Notes: generated from the letters alone by a model not told the origin. A DNA stretch of 39,522 nucleotides from Bacteroidales bacterium (GCA_034003165.1 JAVEZD010000009.1:1-39522); one strand, 5' to 3'; positions 27,578 through 37,594 are shown, counted from the first letter of the stretch. A program made the numbers and translations.

Positions 27578-27679
27578 CTTTATTGCAGCTGTAATTTTTC
27601 CCCTCTCATGGGTAAAAATGCATCAGTCTGAGCATTATCAGTTATCTTTGGCGTCGTTTTAACATTACTGCAGACGTAT

Positions 27680-28321
27680 ATGGAAGTATTTCAGTCGGTT
27701 GTTGAGTGGTACATGGCCAACCTTAATTATTTTACGGTTGCCTTCCTGATGGTTATTGAGAGTTCATTCATCCCCTTTCCCTCCGAAGTGGTCATCCCCT
27801 TTGCAGCATATAAAGCTGCCCAGGGAGATATGAATGTATTCGGGGTGATACTTGCCGGAACCATTGGTGCACTTCTCGGTGCACTTATAAACTACTATCT
27901 GGCAAAATACCTGGGAAGGCCTCTTGTCCATAAGCTGGCTGATTCAACAGCAGGCAGGATGCTGCTGCTTTCAAAGGAAAAGGTAATCCATGCCGAGGAG
28001 TATTTCGTCCGTAACGGGAAGATATCAACCTTTGTCGGCCGGCTTGTGCCGGCTGTCAGGCAGCTTATCTCTATTCCGGCGGGACTTTCGGGTATGAATA
28101 TACGTGACTTCATTCTTTATACCCTTGCAGGCGCGACGATATGGAACATAATCCTTGCCGTCATAGGTTTCTACCTTTATGAGATAAGGGACAGGATATT
28201 CCCTTACATTGAAATCATATTATGGAGTCTTGGAGGTCTGTTGGTGGTCTATCTGGCATATAAAGCCTGGAAATCATCAGGAAAAAACAGAAAAAAAGGT
28301 ACGGAAGACCAGACCGGATAA
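27680..28321 (+). CDS. DedA-family membrane protein
   Basis: VIESSFIPFPSEVVIPFAAY and FVGRLVPAVRQLISIPAG motifs. Confidence 0.9.
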   Translation: MEVFQSVVEWYMANLNYFTVAFLMVIESSFIPFPSEVVIPFAAYKAAQGDMNVFGVILAGTIGALLGALINYYLAKYLGRPLVHKLADSTAGRMLLLSKEKVIHAEEYFVRNGKISTFVGRLVPAVRQLISIPAGLSGMNIRDFILYTLAGATIWNIILAVIGFYLYEIRDRIFPYIEIILWSLGGLLVVYLAYKAWKSSGKNRKKGTEDQTG

Positions 28322-28383
28322 GACAACAGAGCAAAGTAGATGAATTAAACGGCCCGGGACAGGAAAGCTGAAAGCACAGAATC

Positions 28384-28926
28384 CTAAACCGGGTCGTTTT
28401 TATGTTTCTGGTTAAGGGCTGAGACAATATAGAAAATGGTGGCTCCGGAGAGGATCACCATAGAGACCGGAAGAAATACTTTTCCCATACCTTCTGCCTT
28501 TCCCAGGGCTGTAAGTATTGTTCTGTGTACCATGAAAGCAAACATGGCTACTACAATACATTTGATGGTCCTCATCAGCCTGGTGGCCGTGCGGTATTGC
28601 GCTCCCGCATTTTCAGGTGTTATCTGCACAGGATAGTTGTATATACGCGGGAAAAAACCGGCAAGAGTAAGAAGGATCCATGTTATCAGTCCCGTTACCG
28701 GCAGGGTCCATATTGATTTTGCAGGACTGAAGGCATCTGGTTCTCCGGCAGCGTTGAAATGCGTAGGTATCTCATCAGGAAGGTCGGAAAAGCTTAACAC
28801 AGGAAGGATAAACATGACAACAAGACATATAAGGGCAAGTGCTTCAATGATCCAGTCGATGGCTTCAGGTCTGACCCTTATGTGTGGACGTGATGGGTTG
28901 TTAAGATAAAACACGGAATAAAACAT
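28384..28926 (-). CDS. DUF1648-domain membrane protein
   Basis: LPDEIPTHFNAAGEPDAF motif after TM1, and four TM segments. Confidence 0.7.
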   Translation of the reverse strand: MFYSVFYLNNPSRPHIRVRPEAIDWIIEALALICLVVMFILPVLSFSDLPDEIPTHFNAAGEPDAFSPAKSIWTLPVTGLITWILLTLAGFFPRIYNYPVQITPENAGAQYRTATRLMRTIKCIVVAMFAFMVHRTILTALGKAEGMGKVFLPVSMVILSGATIFYIVSALNQKHKNDPV

Positions 28927-28961
28927 TTTGTTTGAAATGCAATTTACCTGATTTTTTCATA

Positions 28962-29987
28962 TCAGAACCTGGCTATAAACTCCAGGGTCAGTTTATCTGT
29001 ATGTATCGGCAGTTTCTGTTTAAAGTAGTTTTCGTAATTTATTCTTATCTCTGAATGGAACTGCCGGGGTTCAAAGCCAAAATTAAGTCCCAGGGTAATA
29101 CGGCTGGCATCACTTTCACCGGAGAAAACAGAATTTCCCATCATATCCCACCGTGCAGTGGGGCTTATCATTTTAACCATCCTGTTTTCAATTCTGAAGT
29201 TGTACCACGAATGTATGTAAAGTCCGTCATCGTGGATCCTTGTTGAAAGGGTGTCGGTCCAGCCACGGGTAATGTATTCGGATTCTATAAAGAAATTGCC
29301 GCTGGCGTATCTCACTTCTCCTCCGAAGATTGAAAACCTGTCTCTTAATTCATCCTCTCCCAGGTATATGTTACCTGCCAGTCTGAAGCCGTCATCCTTA
29401 CCCGCAGTTATCCTGCCGGCAAGTCCGGGCTTAGATATCCAGTCCGGATTATTGTTGCCTGTTCCGTTTACTCCGCCTACCTGAATATTCAAAGGAATAT
29501 CACCTTCAGTTTTGTATTCGGCGAAGATTCCTATGTCGCGCATCCCGTCGTTGATGTATTTTGCAAGGAAGGAACGGTTGGCGAAGATATTATCGGCGGG
29601 GCTCCTGAGGTAGTCGGTACTGAAAGGTATCTTCTTCTGACCAAGATATATAATTAAGTTCTCTATTGGGTAAAAGGATACCCATGCATCGAGCATTTTA
29701 AGATCGCCCTCGTCGGAAAGATCGAGTTCGAACCTGTATCCCATGTGATCGTTTATCTTTCCCCTGACACCGAACCGTGCATTCCTTACTTCGAATCTCA
29801 TAAGTGAATGATCCAGGTCGTACTCGACTTTGGTCTTAAGAATTGCATCAAGGTCGGGGATGAAGGCCTGTTTGTTTTCCTTGTCTTCCTCCTGAGCTTT
29901 GAGGCCTGGGTTCAGAATCGATGAAATAAAAAAGACCAGGATCATAAATATGCCTGGTTTCCGTGAATCTTTGAAGTTTACCTGCAT
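28962..29987 (-). CDS. Outer-membrane porin (phosphate-selective porin O/P-like beta-barrel)
   Basis: Signal peptide (..LKA/QEED), alternating amphipathic strands, and a C-terminal aromatic residue (…FIARF). Confidence 0.7.
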   Translation of the reverse strand: MQVNFKDSRKPGIFMILVFFISSILNPGLKAQEEDKENKQAFIPDLDAILKTKVEYDLDHSLMRFEVRNARFGVRGKINDHMGYRFELDLSDEGDLKMLDAWVSFYPIENLIIYLGQKKIPFSTDYLRSPADNIFANRSFLAKYINDGMRDIGIFAEYKTEGDIPLNIQVGGVNGTGNNNPDWISKPGLAGRITAGKDDGFRLAGNIYLGEDELRDRFSIFGGEVRYASGNFFIESEYITRGWTDTLSTRIHDDGLYIHSWYNFRIENRMVKMISPTARWDMMGNSVFSGESDASRITLGLNFGFEPRQFHSEIRINYENYFKQKLPIHTDKLTLEFIARF

Positions 29988-30025
29988 GTCTGAAAAATAC
30001 TTTTTAAATGGACTATTGTCAGTTA

Positions 30026-30907
30026 TTAATCTTCGAGGTGACCGAATTTGCCACTGTAGTAATCTTCGTAGGCCTGTTTAATCTCTTCATGGGTATTCAT
30101 TACAAAAGGTCCGTATGAGGCAATGGGTTCGTCAATGGGTTCGCCGCTAAGGACCAGAACTACTGAATCACTTTCGGCTGTTATTTTAATATCTTCACCG
30201 TCGTTGGCGAAAAGGATGAAGTTGTTTTCAGGGACTCTTACAGTACCTGTATTAACAGCACCTTCAACAACCAGCATTCCGGTGCTGAAGTGTCTGTTGA
30301 AGCTGAAGCCGGCTGATGTACCGGCCTTCAGGCGGGCATTAAACATGTTCACCGGGGTAAAGGTAAAGGCCGGTCCCTGCAAACCTTTGTAATCGCCGGC
30401 AATGATCTCAATGAAGCTCTGTTTGTCGTCGAGCATATATCTTTTCATATCGCTGTTGACTATAGCCTGGTATTTTGGACTGGTCATCTTATGCATTGCG
30501 GGCAGGTTGACCCATAGCTGTACCATCTGAAACAAACCTCCTTTTCTGCTGAAATCCTGCTCGTGGTATTCCTTGTGGAGGATTCCTGAACCTGCAGTCA
30601 TCCACTGCACATCGCCTTCTCCTATTACCCCGCCGTTTCCGGCGCTGTCGTGATGAGCAATTTTTCCATGGTAGGCAATAGTAACTGTTTCGAATCCGCG
30701 GTGGGGATGAACGCCCACTCCTCTCTGCCGTTCAGAAGGATCAAGGTTCCATTTCGAATTATAGTCCATAAGGAACCACGGGCTCATACCTCTTTCCCCA
30801 ATACTTTCCAGAGACGGGAAGAAATTATGTACCCTGAAGCCATCGCCCACCATATGGAAGGGAGGCGGAGCAAATACAGCCTTGACAGATTTGTTGCCGG
30901 TCTTCAT
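30026..30907 (-). CDS. Pirin-family bicupin protein
   Basis: HPHRGFETVTIAYHG...H...WMTAGSGILHKE metal-binding cupin motif. Confidence 0.93.
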   Translation of the reverse strand: MKTGNKSVKAVFAPPPFHMVGDGFRVHNFFPSLESIGERGMSPWFLMDYNSKWNLDPSERQRGVGVHPHRGFETVTIAYHGKIAHHDSAGNGGVIGEGDVQWMTAGSGILHKEYHEQDFSRKGGLFQMVQLWVNLPAMHKMTSPKYQAIVNSDMKRYMLDDKQSFIEIIAGDYKGLQGPAFTFTPVNMFNARLKAGTSAGFSFNRHFSTGMLVVEGAVNTGTVRVPENNFILFANDGEDIKITAESDSVVLVLSGEPIDEPIASYGPFVMNTHEEIKQAYEDYYSGKFGHLED

Positions 30908-31088
30908 TATATAATATATTTACTTCTATAACAACCCTTTCCTGTAAGAGGTTCACAGGAAGTGATTTTTTCTGAAACCTGACATATCCCCTTGCTTATC
31001 TCTTCTTCAGGCTGAGGATATTCACCTGAAAGGGCAGGAGGGGTTTATCTGCAGGTTGTTCAGTTTAGGGTGGCAGGGTGCCTGTTTC

Positions 31089-31445
31089 TTATTCAACTAT
31101 CTCAGCATCATCGAATTTATTCGACCGGTATTTTACTTTTGTATGACTTACCCTATGAACACCTTTCCCTCCAAAAAAGCCCCAGCCTCCGCTTCCAATA
31201 AGAAAGCCCAGAGCATATAAACCTCCGTTGTTGTTCTGGGCATACATAGTAATATTATCACTGAACAGCATTCCTATGAAGTCGAAGGGGGCGATGAATC
31301 CGTGCCAGAGACCACCGAAAAATCCGTATGTATGTCCGGTAAGACACTGGTCCACGACCTCATTTCTTGCACAGGAGGCAAAAAGCAGAACAGCTCCTGC
31401 AATGAGGATTAGCTGTAGCGATCTTTCTGAAAATAGTTTTTTCAT
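31089..31445 (-). CDS. Small Gly-rich lipoprotein, hypothetical
   Basis: Lipobox LLFASC and Gly/aromatic-rich hydrophobic segments. I could not recognise a family. Confidence 0.55.
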   Translation of the reverse strand: MKKLFSERSLQLILIAGAVLLFASCARNEVVDQCLTGHTYGFFGGLWHGFIAPFDFIGMLFSDNITMYAQNNNGGLYALGFLIGSGGWGFFGGKGVHRVSHTKVKYRSNKFDDAEIVE

Positions 31446-31474
31446 TATTAAGGTATTACAGGTTATTAAGTAAA

Positions 31475-32008
31475 TCAGATTAATGTGAGTTCAACAGGTT
31501 TCCCTGAGAACTTTCTTTCATGGTTAAGCAGCCACTCTTTCACTTTCAGTCCACCGGCATAACCGGTAAGCTCACCGTTGGATCCGATAACCCTGTGGCA
31601 GGGGATTACTATGGCAATCCTGTTTTTTGCGTCAGCCCCTGCTACGGCGCGGGCCGAGCCGGGCATAGCAAGCATCTGAGCCAGCCCCTTGTATGAGATG
31701 GTCTCCCCAAAGGGTATCTGCTGAAGGGCCTTCCATACTTCTACCTGAAACTGAGTGCCTCTGATAACAAGAGGAACTGTAAACTCCCTGCGTTTCCCCC
31801 TGAAATATTCGGTGAGTTGTTTTCTGAGAAGTCTGAGGTTACGGTTAGTGCCCTCCCTTACTTTTTCATCCTCCGGCAGTCCGGCCAATATTCTGTACCC
31901 TTCAGTTGAGAGATCCCCTTCATGGAATTCGAGAAGGCAAACCCCTTCGCCTGAAGCAGCTGCTATCATTTCTCCCACTGGGGTGCTTATTTTAAGCGCT
32001 TTAACCAT
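31475..32008 (-). CDS. ogt: Methylated-DNA--protein-cysteine methyltransferase
   Basis: Active-site IPCHRVIGSNG, plus the helix-turn-wing region. The ATG at 32008 (MVKALKI...) avoids overlap with the upstream gene. Confidence 0.9.
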   Translation of the reverse strand: MVKALKISTPVGEMIAAASGEGVCLLEFHEGDLSTEGYRILAGLPEDEKVREGTNRNLRLLRKQLTEYFRGKRREFTVPLVIRGTQFQVEVWKALQQIPFGETISYKGLAQMLAMPGSARAVAGADAKNRIAIVIPCHRVIGSNGELTGYAGGLKVKEWLLNHERKFSGKPVELTLI

Positions 32009-32034
32009 AGTTACGGAGACTTTTCTGAAAGGGC

Positions 32035-32457
32035 CTAAGTCGGGATCCTTCCTGATTTTGACTTTATGAATTTTCTGTTTCTGAACCTCAGAGCTGACCA
32101 CTCATCATCAACTGAAACCATCCTTATGCCGTAGAATCCAGCTTCCTGAAGTACTTCCCATCCATTGTCACGCTCAAGGTCGGGTCTGAATTTAAGGGAG
32201 CTCTTTTTCCGGTAACAGAACCAGAGGATCCCATCGGCTGTCAGATTATGAAGTGCAACCGGAGCCGTTTGTTTAACCTCAGTCCTGTTTTTTACAAAAA
32301 TAATCATGAATTCATAGGGACAGCGCTGGTCGATTTCAGTGTCTATAATGACACCTTCAAGTGCTTCATGCAGGTCTTTCAGAAAGAGCTCAGCTGAATT
32401 AAGCACTGCAATCCTTTTTTGTCCTTTATAATTAAGCTTTCTCAGAAGTTCTTTCAT
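32035..32457 (-). CDS. Conserved hypothetical protein (DUF3052-like), probably co-transcribed with ogt
   Basis: A clean 140-aa ORF with an ATG start, 26 bp upstream of ogt. The pattern ...ILWFCYRKK...VSVDDEWSALRFR is reminiscent of DUF3052, but that assignment is tentative. Confidence 0.55.
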   Translation of the reverse strand: MKELLRKLNYKGQKRIAVLNSAELFLKDLHEALEGVIIDTEIDQRCPYEFMIIFVKNRTEVKQTAPVALHNLTADGILWFCYRKKSSLKFRPDLERDNGWEVLQEAGFYGIRMVSVDDEWSALRFRNRKFIKSKSGRIPT

Positions 32458-32532
32458 AACAGGAATTCAAATGCTGTTGCTAATTTATAAAAAATATGGT
32501 GATGCTGAAAAATTGTTTTACCTTTGTAATAT

Positions 32533-32617
32533 CTGTTAATGGGGTGCCTTAATAACTACGGGCTGAGATCATACCCTTATACCTGATCCGGATAATGCCG
32601 GCGGAGGGAACAAGAGT
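32533..32617 (+). promoter_or_regulatory. TPP (thiamine pyrophosphate, THI-box) riboswitch
   Basis: Conserved core ggggtgc...gctgagat...accctt-acctgatccggataatgccggcggaggga, lying 60 nt upstream of the TonB-dependent receptor gene. Confidence 0.9.
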
Positions 32618-32677
32618 TAGCGTCATACAAGCCATCCTAAGTGCCTCATTTCAGAATTAAATTAATAATTTTTTGAG

Positions 32678-35110
32678 ATGAGAAGAAGCATTTGTTTTTT
32701 ATTGTTGTTTATGACTGTCAGTCTGTTTCCTCTTACGGCCCTGGAAGATAAGGGGCTGGCAGTCAGGGGAAAGGTTACTGACAGGGAGGGAGAGCCCATG
32801 GTGGGTGCAGGGATAAGCGTCAGGGGTACTTTCATGGGGGTTCTTTCAGGTTCCGACGGCCATTTTGTTATTGAAAATATGAAAGAAGGCAGTTATCTGC
32901 TTGATGTCTCCTTTATAGGTTACAGGCAGGTAACTTTTGAGGTTAAGCTTCCTGGAGAGGGTTTTGTAGATATAGTCATGGACAGGGATCAGATAATACC
33001 CGGGGAAGTTATAGTAAGTGCAACCCGTGCTGAAGGGAAAGTGCCGGTTACCTACAGTAACCTCAGCAGTGATGTGATAAGCCGGATGAATGCCGGTCCC
33101 GACCTTCCCTATCTGCTCTCTCTTACACCGTCGCTGGTTGAGACTTCAGAATCGGGTAACGGTATAGGATATACAAGTATGAGGATCAGGGGAACGGATG
33201 CCAGCAGGATCAATGTCACCATTGACGGGATACCCCTCAACGACCCTGAGTCGCAACAGGTCTTCTGGGTCGATCTGCCCGATCTTGCTTCATCAGTCGA
33301 CAACATCCAGGTACAGAGGGGAGCAGGTACCTCATCAAACGGATCGGGAGCCTTCGGGGCTTCGGTTAACATCCAGACCAGAGGTATTGAACAGGAACCC
33401 TTTGCTGAGATAAGCTCTACGGCCGGCTCCTATTCAACCTTTAAAAACACCATATCAGCAGGCACAGGCCTGCTTAAGGATAAGTTTGCTTTCCAGATGC
33501 GTTTTTCAGATCTCCACAGCGACGGATATATCGACCGCACCGGCTCGGATCACAGGTCTGCATTTATGAGCGGTATCTACCGTTCAGCAAGGTCGGTGAT
33601 AAAGGCCAACATAATGCTTGGCGAGGAACATACCGGAATAGGCTGGTGGGGTGTTCCCGCTGAGGTGCTGGGCCAGGACCGGAGATATAACCCGGCCGGC
33701 GAATATACTGACATTAACGGTATTACCCGCCATTACGACAACGAAAGCGATAACTATGTCCAGTCACATTACCAGCTCTTCTACACCTTGCAGCCGGCGA
33801 AAAATCTTATCGTGAACAGCGCTTTCCACTACACCAGGGGGAAAGGTTACTATGAGGAATATAAGGAAGACAGAAGTTTTGAAGAATACGGCCTTCCTGT
33901 CATTGATCACGACGGTGCTGCAATAGCAGAGAGTGATCTTATAAGAAGGAAGTGGATGGATAACGATTTTTACGGACTTGTATGGTCGGTACGTTCAACC
34001 GGTACACGGCTGCAGCTTACAGTAGGAGGTGGACTGAACCTGTTCGACGGCGACCATTACGGCACCATAATCTGGATGCAGTATCCGGGTAGCATCTCCA
34101 AAGATCACCAGTGGTATCTCAACAACGGAACAAAGGGAGAAGTAAATATATATTCAAAGGCCAGCTATTCAGTCACCGACAGGCTGTCGCTTTACGGGGA
34201 CCTTCAGTACAGGTATATTGATTATGACATGTCGGGGTTGGATGATGATCTGAAAGACCTGACCGGAAGGCACCGATTCGGATTTATAAACCCAAAGGCA
34301 GGCGTTTTCTATAATATTACTTCGGGTCAGGATGCCTATTTCTCAGTCTCGGTTGCCAACAGGGAGCCAACCCGCACCGACTTCAAGGAAGCTGCCGGTG
34401 ATCCGGAGGCAACTCCCGAATCTGAAACGCTTTACGACTTCGAAGCAGGTTATAGTCTCAAAGGCTCCAGTGCACTTCTTTCAGCCAACCTATTTGCCAT
34501 GTTATATGACAACCAGCTGGTTCCTACAGGTGAACTGAGCAATGTCGGTTATCCCATTCAGACCAATGTCAGAAAGAGCTACAGGACAGGCATTGAGCTT
34601 ATAGCAGGCCTTCTCTTTTCTGAAAAGGCAGGCTGGGATGCCAACCTTACACTCAGCAGGAACAGGATACCCGGGTTTACAGAGTATTATACCGATTATA
34701 ATACCACCGACTGGTCAGAATCATACCGGAACAGGGATCTGGGGACCGTCGATATTGCCTATTCACCATCTGTAATTGCCGGCAGTGACCTGTGGTTTAA
34801 GATGTGGGATGTTGTTTCGCTGCACCTGATAAGCAAATATGTTGGTAAACAGTACTTTGATAATACCATGAACAGCGAAAGGAAGCTCGACCCGTATTTT
34901 CTTAATAACATAAGGATAGATGTGAGTAAGCTGACCGGGAAGATAAGGGATTCAGAACTCCAGATATTTGTAAACAATATCTTTAACACAAAGTATGAAA
35001 GCAATGCCTACGGAGGCAACTGGTTTGAAGACGGTGTTGAAAAGACCTGGGCCTACTATTTTCCCCAGGCAGGAACAAATTTCATGGTAAGGCTTAACCT
35101 GAGGTTCTGA
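32678..35110 (+). CDS. TonB-dependent outer-membrane receptor (CarboxypepD_reg-like N-domain, plug and barrel), thiamine-associated
   Basis: Signal peptide, a VRGKVTD...G.PMVGAGISV N-domain, plug motifs (IRG...RINVTIDGIPLND), and a C-terminal ...LNLRF. Confidence 0.92.
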   Translation: MRRSICFLLLFMTVSLFPLTALEDKGLAVRGKVTDREGEPMVGAGISVRGTFMGVLSGSDGHFVIENMKEGSYLLDVSFIGYRQVTFEVKLPGEGFVDIVMDRDQIIPGEVIVSATRAEGKVPVTYSNLSSDVISRMNAGPDLPYLLSLTPSLVETSESGNGIGYTSMRIRGTDASRINVTIDGIPLNDPESQQVFWVDLPDLASSVDNIQVQRGAGTSSNGSGAFGASVNIQTRGIEQEPFAEISSTAGSYSTFKNTISAGTGLLKDKFAFQMRFSDLHSDGYIDRTGSDHRSAFMSGIYRSARSVIKANIMLGEEHTGIGWWGVPAEVLGQDRRYNPAGEYTDINGITRHYDNESDNYVQSHYQLFYTLQPAKNLIVNSAFHYTRGKGYYEEYKEDRSFEEYGLPVIDHDGAAIAESDLIRRKWMDNDFYGLVWSVRSTGTRLQLTVGGGLNLFDGDHYGTIIWMQYPGSISKDHQWYLNNGTKGEVNIYSKASYSVTDRLSLYGDLQYRYIDYDMSGLDDDLKDLTGRHRFGFINPKAGVFYNITSGQDAYFSVSVANREPTRTDFKEAAGDPEATPESETLYDFEAGYSLKGSSALLSANLFAMLYDNQLVPTGELSNVGYPIQTNVRKSYRTGIELIAGLLFSEKAGWDANLTLSRNRIPGFTEYYTDYNTTDWSESYRNRDLGTVDIAYSPSVIAGSDLWFKMWDVVSLHLISKYVGKQYFDNTMNSERKLDPYFLNNIRIDVSKLTGKIRDSELQIFVNNIFNTKYESNAYGGNWFEDGVEKTWAYYFPQAGTNFMVRLNLRF

Positions 35111-35127
35111 CATCTGAAATACGGATA

Positions 35128-35769
35128 ATGCTAAACTGGATATCACAGAACTGGCTCGAGATCTTCGGCGCACTGGCCGGAGTTGTTTATGTCTTCCTGG
35201 AGATAAGGCAGAACCTATGGCTTTGGCCGGTAGGCATTGTAACTTCAGCCGTATATATCGTTGTGTTTTTATCAGGAAGGCTTTATGCTGACATGACTTT
35301 GCAGGGATATTATCTTGTTATAAGTTTTGCAGGCCTCTACTGGTGGGTCAGGGGTAAGGGAAAGGATTCTGCTGCAGGAGAAGGAGAAGGCCATGCCGGA
35401 TCGGGGACAAAAGGTCAGGGAGAAGGCAGTGAGCCACTCGAGGTGACCAGACTTCGGATTAAAACAGGCTTGATACTGGCCGGTGTCCTGACTGGGTTGT
35501 TTGTGTTAATATGGATGGTTCTTGATACCATGACAGATTCACCGGTACCGGTCTGGGACTCTTTTATTACATCAGTTTCGGTTGTGGCAACATGGATGCT
35601 AGCCCGTAAGATTTATGAGCACTGGTATCTGTGGATCATTGTAAATGCGGTGGCGGTTGCCCTGTTTGTGTCGCGGGGTCTGTATCCGACCGCTGGTCTG
35701 TATATGGTTTACTTTATTATGTCTTTCGTGGGTCTAAAAACCTGGTCGGGGTCACTGAAGAAGGACTGA
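35128..35769 (+). CDS. pnuT: PnuC-family transporter (thiamine-type PnuT)
   Basis: NWLEIFGALAGVVYVFLEIRQNLWLWPVG and WxxxN-type PnuC motifs (HWYLWIIVNAV). It lies in the TPP-riboswitch operon. Confidence 0.85.
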   Translation: MLNWISQNWLEIFGALAGVVYVFLEIRQNLWLWPVGIVTSAVYIVVFLSGRLYADMTLQGYYLVISFAGLYWWVRGKGKDSAAGEGEGHAGSGTKGQGEGSEPLEVTRLRIKTGLILAGVLTGLFVLIWMVLDTMTDSPVPVWDSFITSVSVVATWMLARKIYEHWYLWIIVNAVAVALFVSRGLYPTAGLYMVYFIMSFVGLKTWSGSLKKD

Positions 35770-35816
35770 TTAAGGCACTGATGGACCTCCACGAAAGGAA
35801 ATAGTACATTACAGAT

Positions 35817-36479
35817 ATGAAAAATATTCAAATGACTAATTTTGTGCCGATGCAAAATATGACTGTTATACTTGCTGACGGGGATTTCCCGGTGCACCCG
35901 GTACCTCTTGGATATCTTAAAACTGCAGAGAGGATTATCTGCTGCGACGGAAGTGCTTCAAAGCTTATTGATTCAGGGATGCTTCCCACGGCTATTGTTG
36001 GTGATCTTGATTCGCTGGAGCCAATTATAAGGGAAAAGTATAGCGACCGTCTGTTCAAAGACAACGATCAGGAAACAAACGACCTTACCAAGGCTGTCAG
36101 GTGGTGCCTTAACAGGGAATTTAAAAATCTTGTGATTCTGGGTGCCACAGGCAAGAGAGAAGACCATACTCTTGGAAATATCTCCCTTCTGGTTGAGTAT
36201 GCCGCTGAGGCAGATGTTGTTATGGTAACTGATACAGGCGTCTTCAGGCCGGTTCCTGAAAGTTCATCCTTCGATAGCTTCAGAGGTCAGCAGGTGTCTG
36301 TTTTTTCTATCAATCCTGATATTGAGATCACTTCGCGGGGTTTGAAATATCCCCTTGCAGGAAGGAAACTCACCAACTGGTGGATGGCTACACTTAACGA
36401 GGCATTGGGTAACAGTTTCTCTCTTGAGTTTGAGGGAACTACGCTTATAGTTTACCAGGCTTTCCCGCCAGGACTCTGA
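35817..36479 (+). CDS. Thiamine diphosphokinase (thiamine pyrophosphokinase)
   Basis: ILADGDFP, IVGDLDS, DQETNDLTKA and GATGKREDHTLGN motifs. The true start may be the internal ATG at 35859 (MTVILADG). Confidence 0.9.
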   Translation: MKNIQMTNFVPMQNMTVILADGDFPVHPVPLGYLKTAERIICCDGSASKLIDSGMLPTAIVGDLDSLEPIIREKYSDRLFKDNDQETNDLTKAVRWCLNREFKNLVILGATGKREDHTLGNISLLVEYAAEADVVMVTDTGVFRPVPESSSFDSFRGQQVSVFSINPDIEITSRGLKYPLAGRKLTNWWMATLNEALGNSFSLEFEGTTLIVYQAFPPGL

Positions 36480-36488
36480 AAATAATCT

Positions 36489-37445
36489 TTATCTGTCAGC
36501 TTCTTTTACCATGGCCATCAGCTGAGCCCTGCTTCTTACGTTGGTTTTGATATAGATCCGATGAGTGTGATCTTTAACTGTCTGCTCGGTAATAAACAGC
36601 TTTGCTGCTATTTCCTTGTTGCTTAATCCGTTACATATTTCCTTTATTATTTCACATTCTCTGGGACTGATCTCATGTCGTGAACAGAAACCGTCAAAGG
36701 CATTTACGGAAGAGGCAGGACCGGGGGAGCCTGCGATTCTCATCTGCAGGTAGAAATAAACAGGAAGGAAGGTATGACCTGCGAAGAATGCGATAATGAA
36801 GAAGAGGTAAATCACTTTGCCATTGGGCTGAAAGAACAGTAGAACAGCCTGCAGGGCCATGAATGAGAACAGCATGGGAGCTGTAATGTTTTTCTTTATA
36901 CCGGGTGCGCTAAGCTTTCCTCTAACAGGAAGGTGGATAAGGTAGGAGGCGAGGAAGCCATATACAAGGTTGGCAATAAGAAAATAATCCCTTACAAGCA
37001 CAGATGGTTTTAGTTCTGCCTGACGGGCAAGAAGAATGCCTGCTACAGCAACAACAATGAAGTTGACCGGAAGAAAAATATATATCATAAGGTTCCGGTA
37101 TTTTCTTCCCGACAGAGCGGTGGCAAATCTAATAAGCATGAACCAGGCAAATATGAGGAAGGGAAGTCCCAGTATCATGGCTGTCTCTGATATCTTTAAT
37201 ATAACATCTTCACTGAGGGATTCCCTGAAAAGCTCCCTGACAAGAATCTGTCCCCAGATCCCGTAGAATCCGAAAGCATAAATGAAAACTTCAAAGTAGA
37301 GGAGGGTGGAAACAAGGTCCTGACTGTATTTTTCCTTCAACCGTGAAGTAAGTATGATACCGAAGGTGGTAAAGGCTATCGAAAGTATGAATACAAGGTA
37401 TGTAGCGGCATAAATCATACGTAAAGGTATAAAATTATATTTCAC
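36489..37445 (-). CDS. Membrane-integrated LuxR-family transcriptional regulator (7 TM segments plus a C-terminal HTH)
   Basis: Seven hydrophobic helices are followed by SPRECEIIKEICNGLSNKEIAAKLFITEQTVKDHTHRIYIKTNV (LuxR/GerE HTH). The start is GTG at 37445, with an alternative ATG at 37418. Confidence 0.85.
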   Translation of the reverse strand: MKYNFIPLRMIYAATYLVFILSIAFTTFGIILTSRLKEKYSQDLVSTLLYFEVFIYAFGFYGIWGQILVRELFRESLSEDVILKISETAMILGLPFLIFAWFMLIRFATALSGRKYRNLMIYIFLPVNFIVVAVAGILLARQAELKPSVLVRDYFLIANLVYGFLASYLIHLPVRGKLSAPGIKKNITAPMLFSFMALQAVLLFFQPNGKVIYLFFIIAFFAGHTFLPVYFYLQMRIAGSPGPASSVNAFDGFCSRHEISPRECEIIKEICNGLSNKEIAAKLFITEQTVKDHTHRIYIKTNVRSRAQLMAMVKEADR

Positions 37446-37462
37446 AGTCCATTACAGACCAT

Positions 37463-37517
37463 ACACTACTTTGGTAGTGTTTTTGCAACTTCGGTAGTGT
37501 TGTCTGAAATCACTACT
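37463..37517. promoter_or_regulatory. Symmetric array of CACTAC / GTAGTG half-sites (candidate operator) in a divergent intergenic region
   Basis: Perfect palindrome acactac-tttg-gtagtgt (37463-37480), then ggtagtgt (37493-37500), then cactact (37511-37517). The layout is CACTAC-N5-GTAGTG-N14-GTAGTG-N11-CACTAC. Confidence 0.5.
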
Positions 37518-37594
37518 ATAGTATTAAATACAGGTTGTTTTCATGATTTAAATTTGTCACTGAAAACTTTAACCAACATTTAATTATTAAGACA

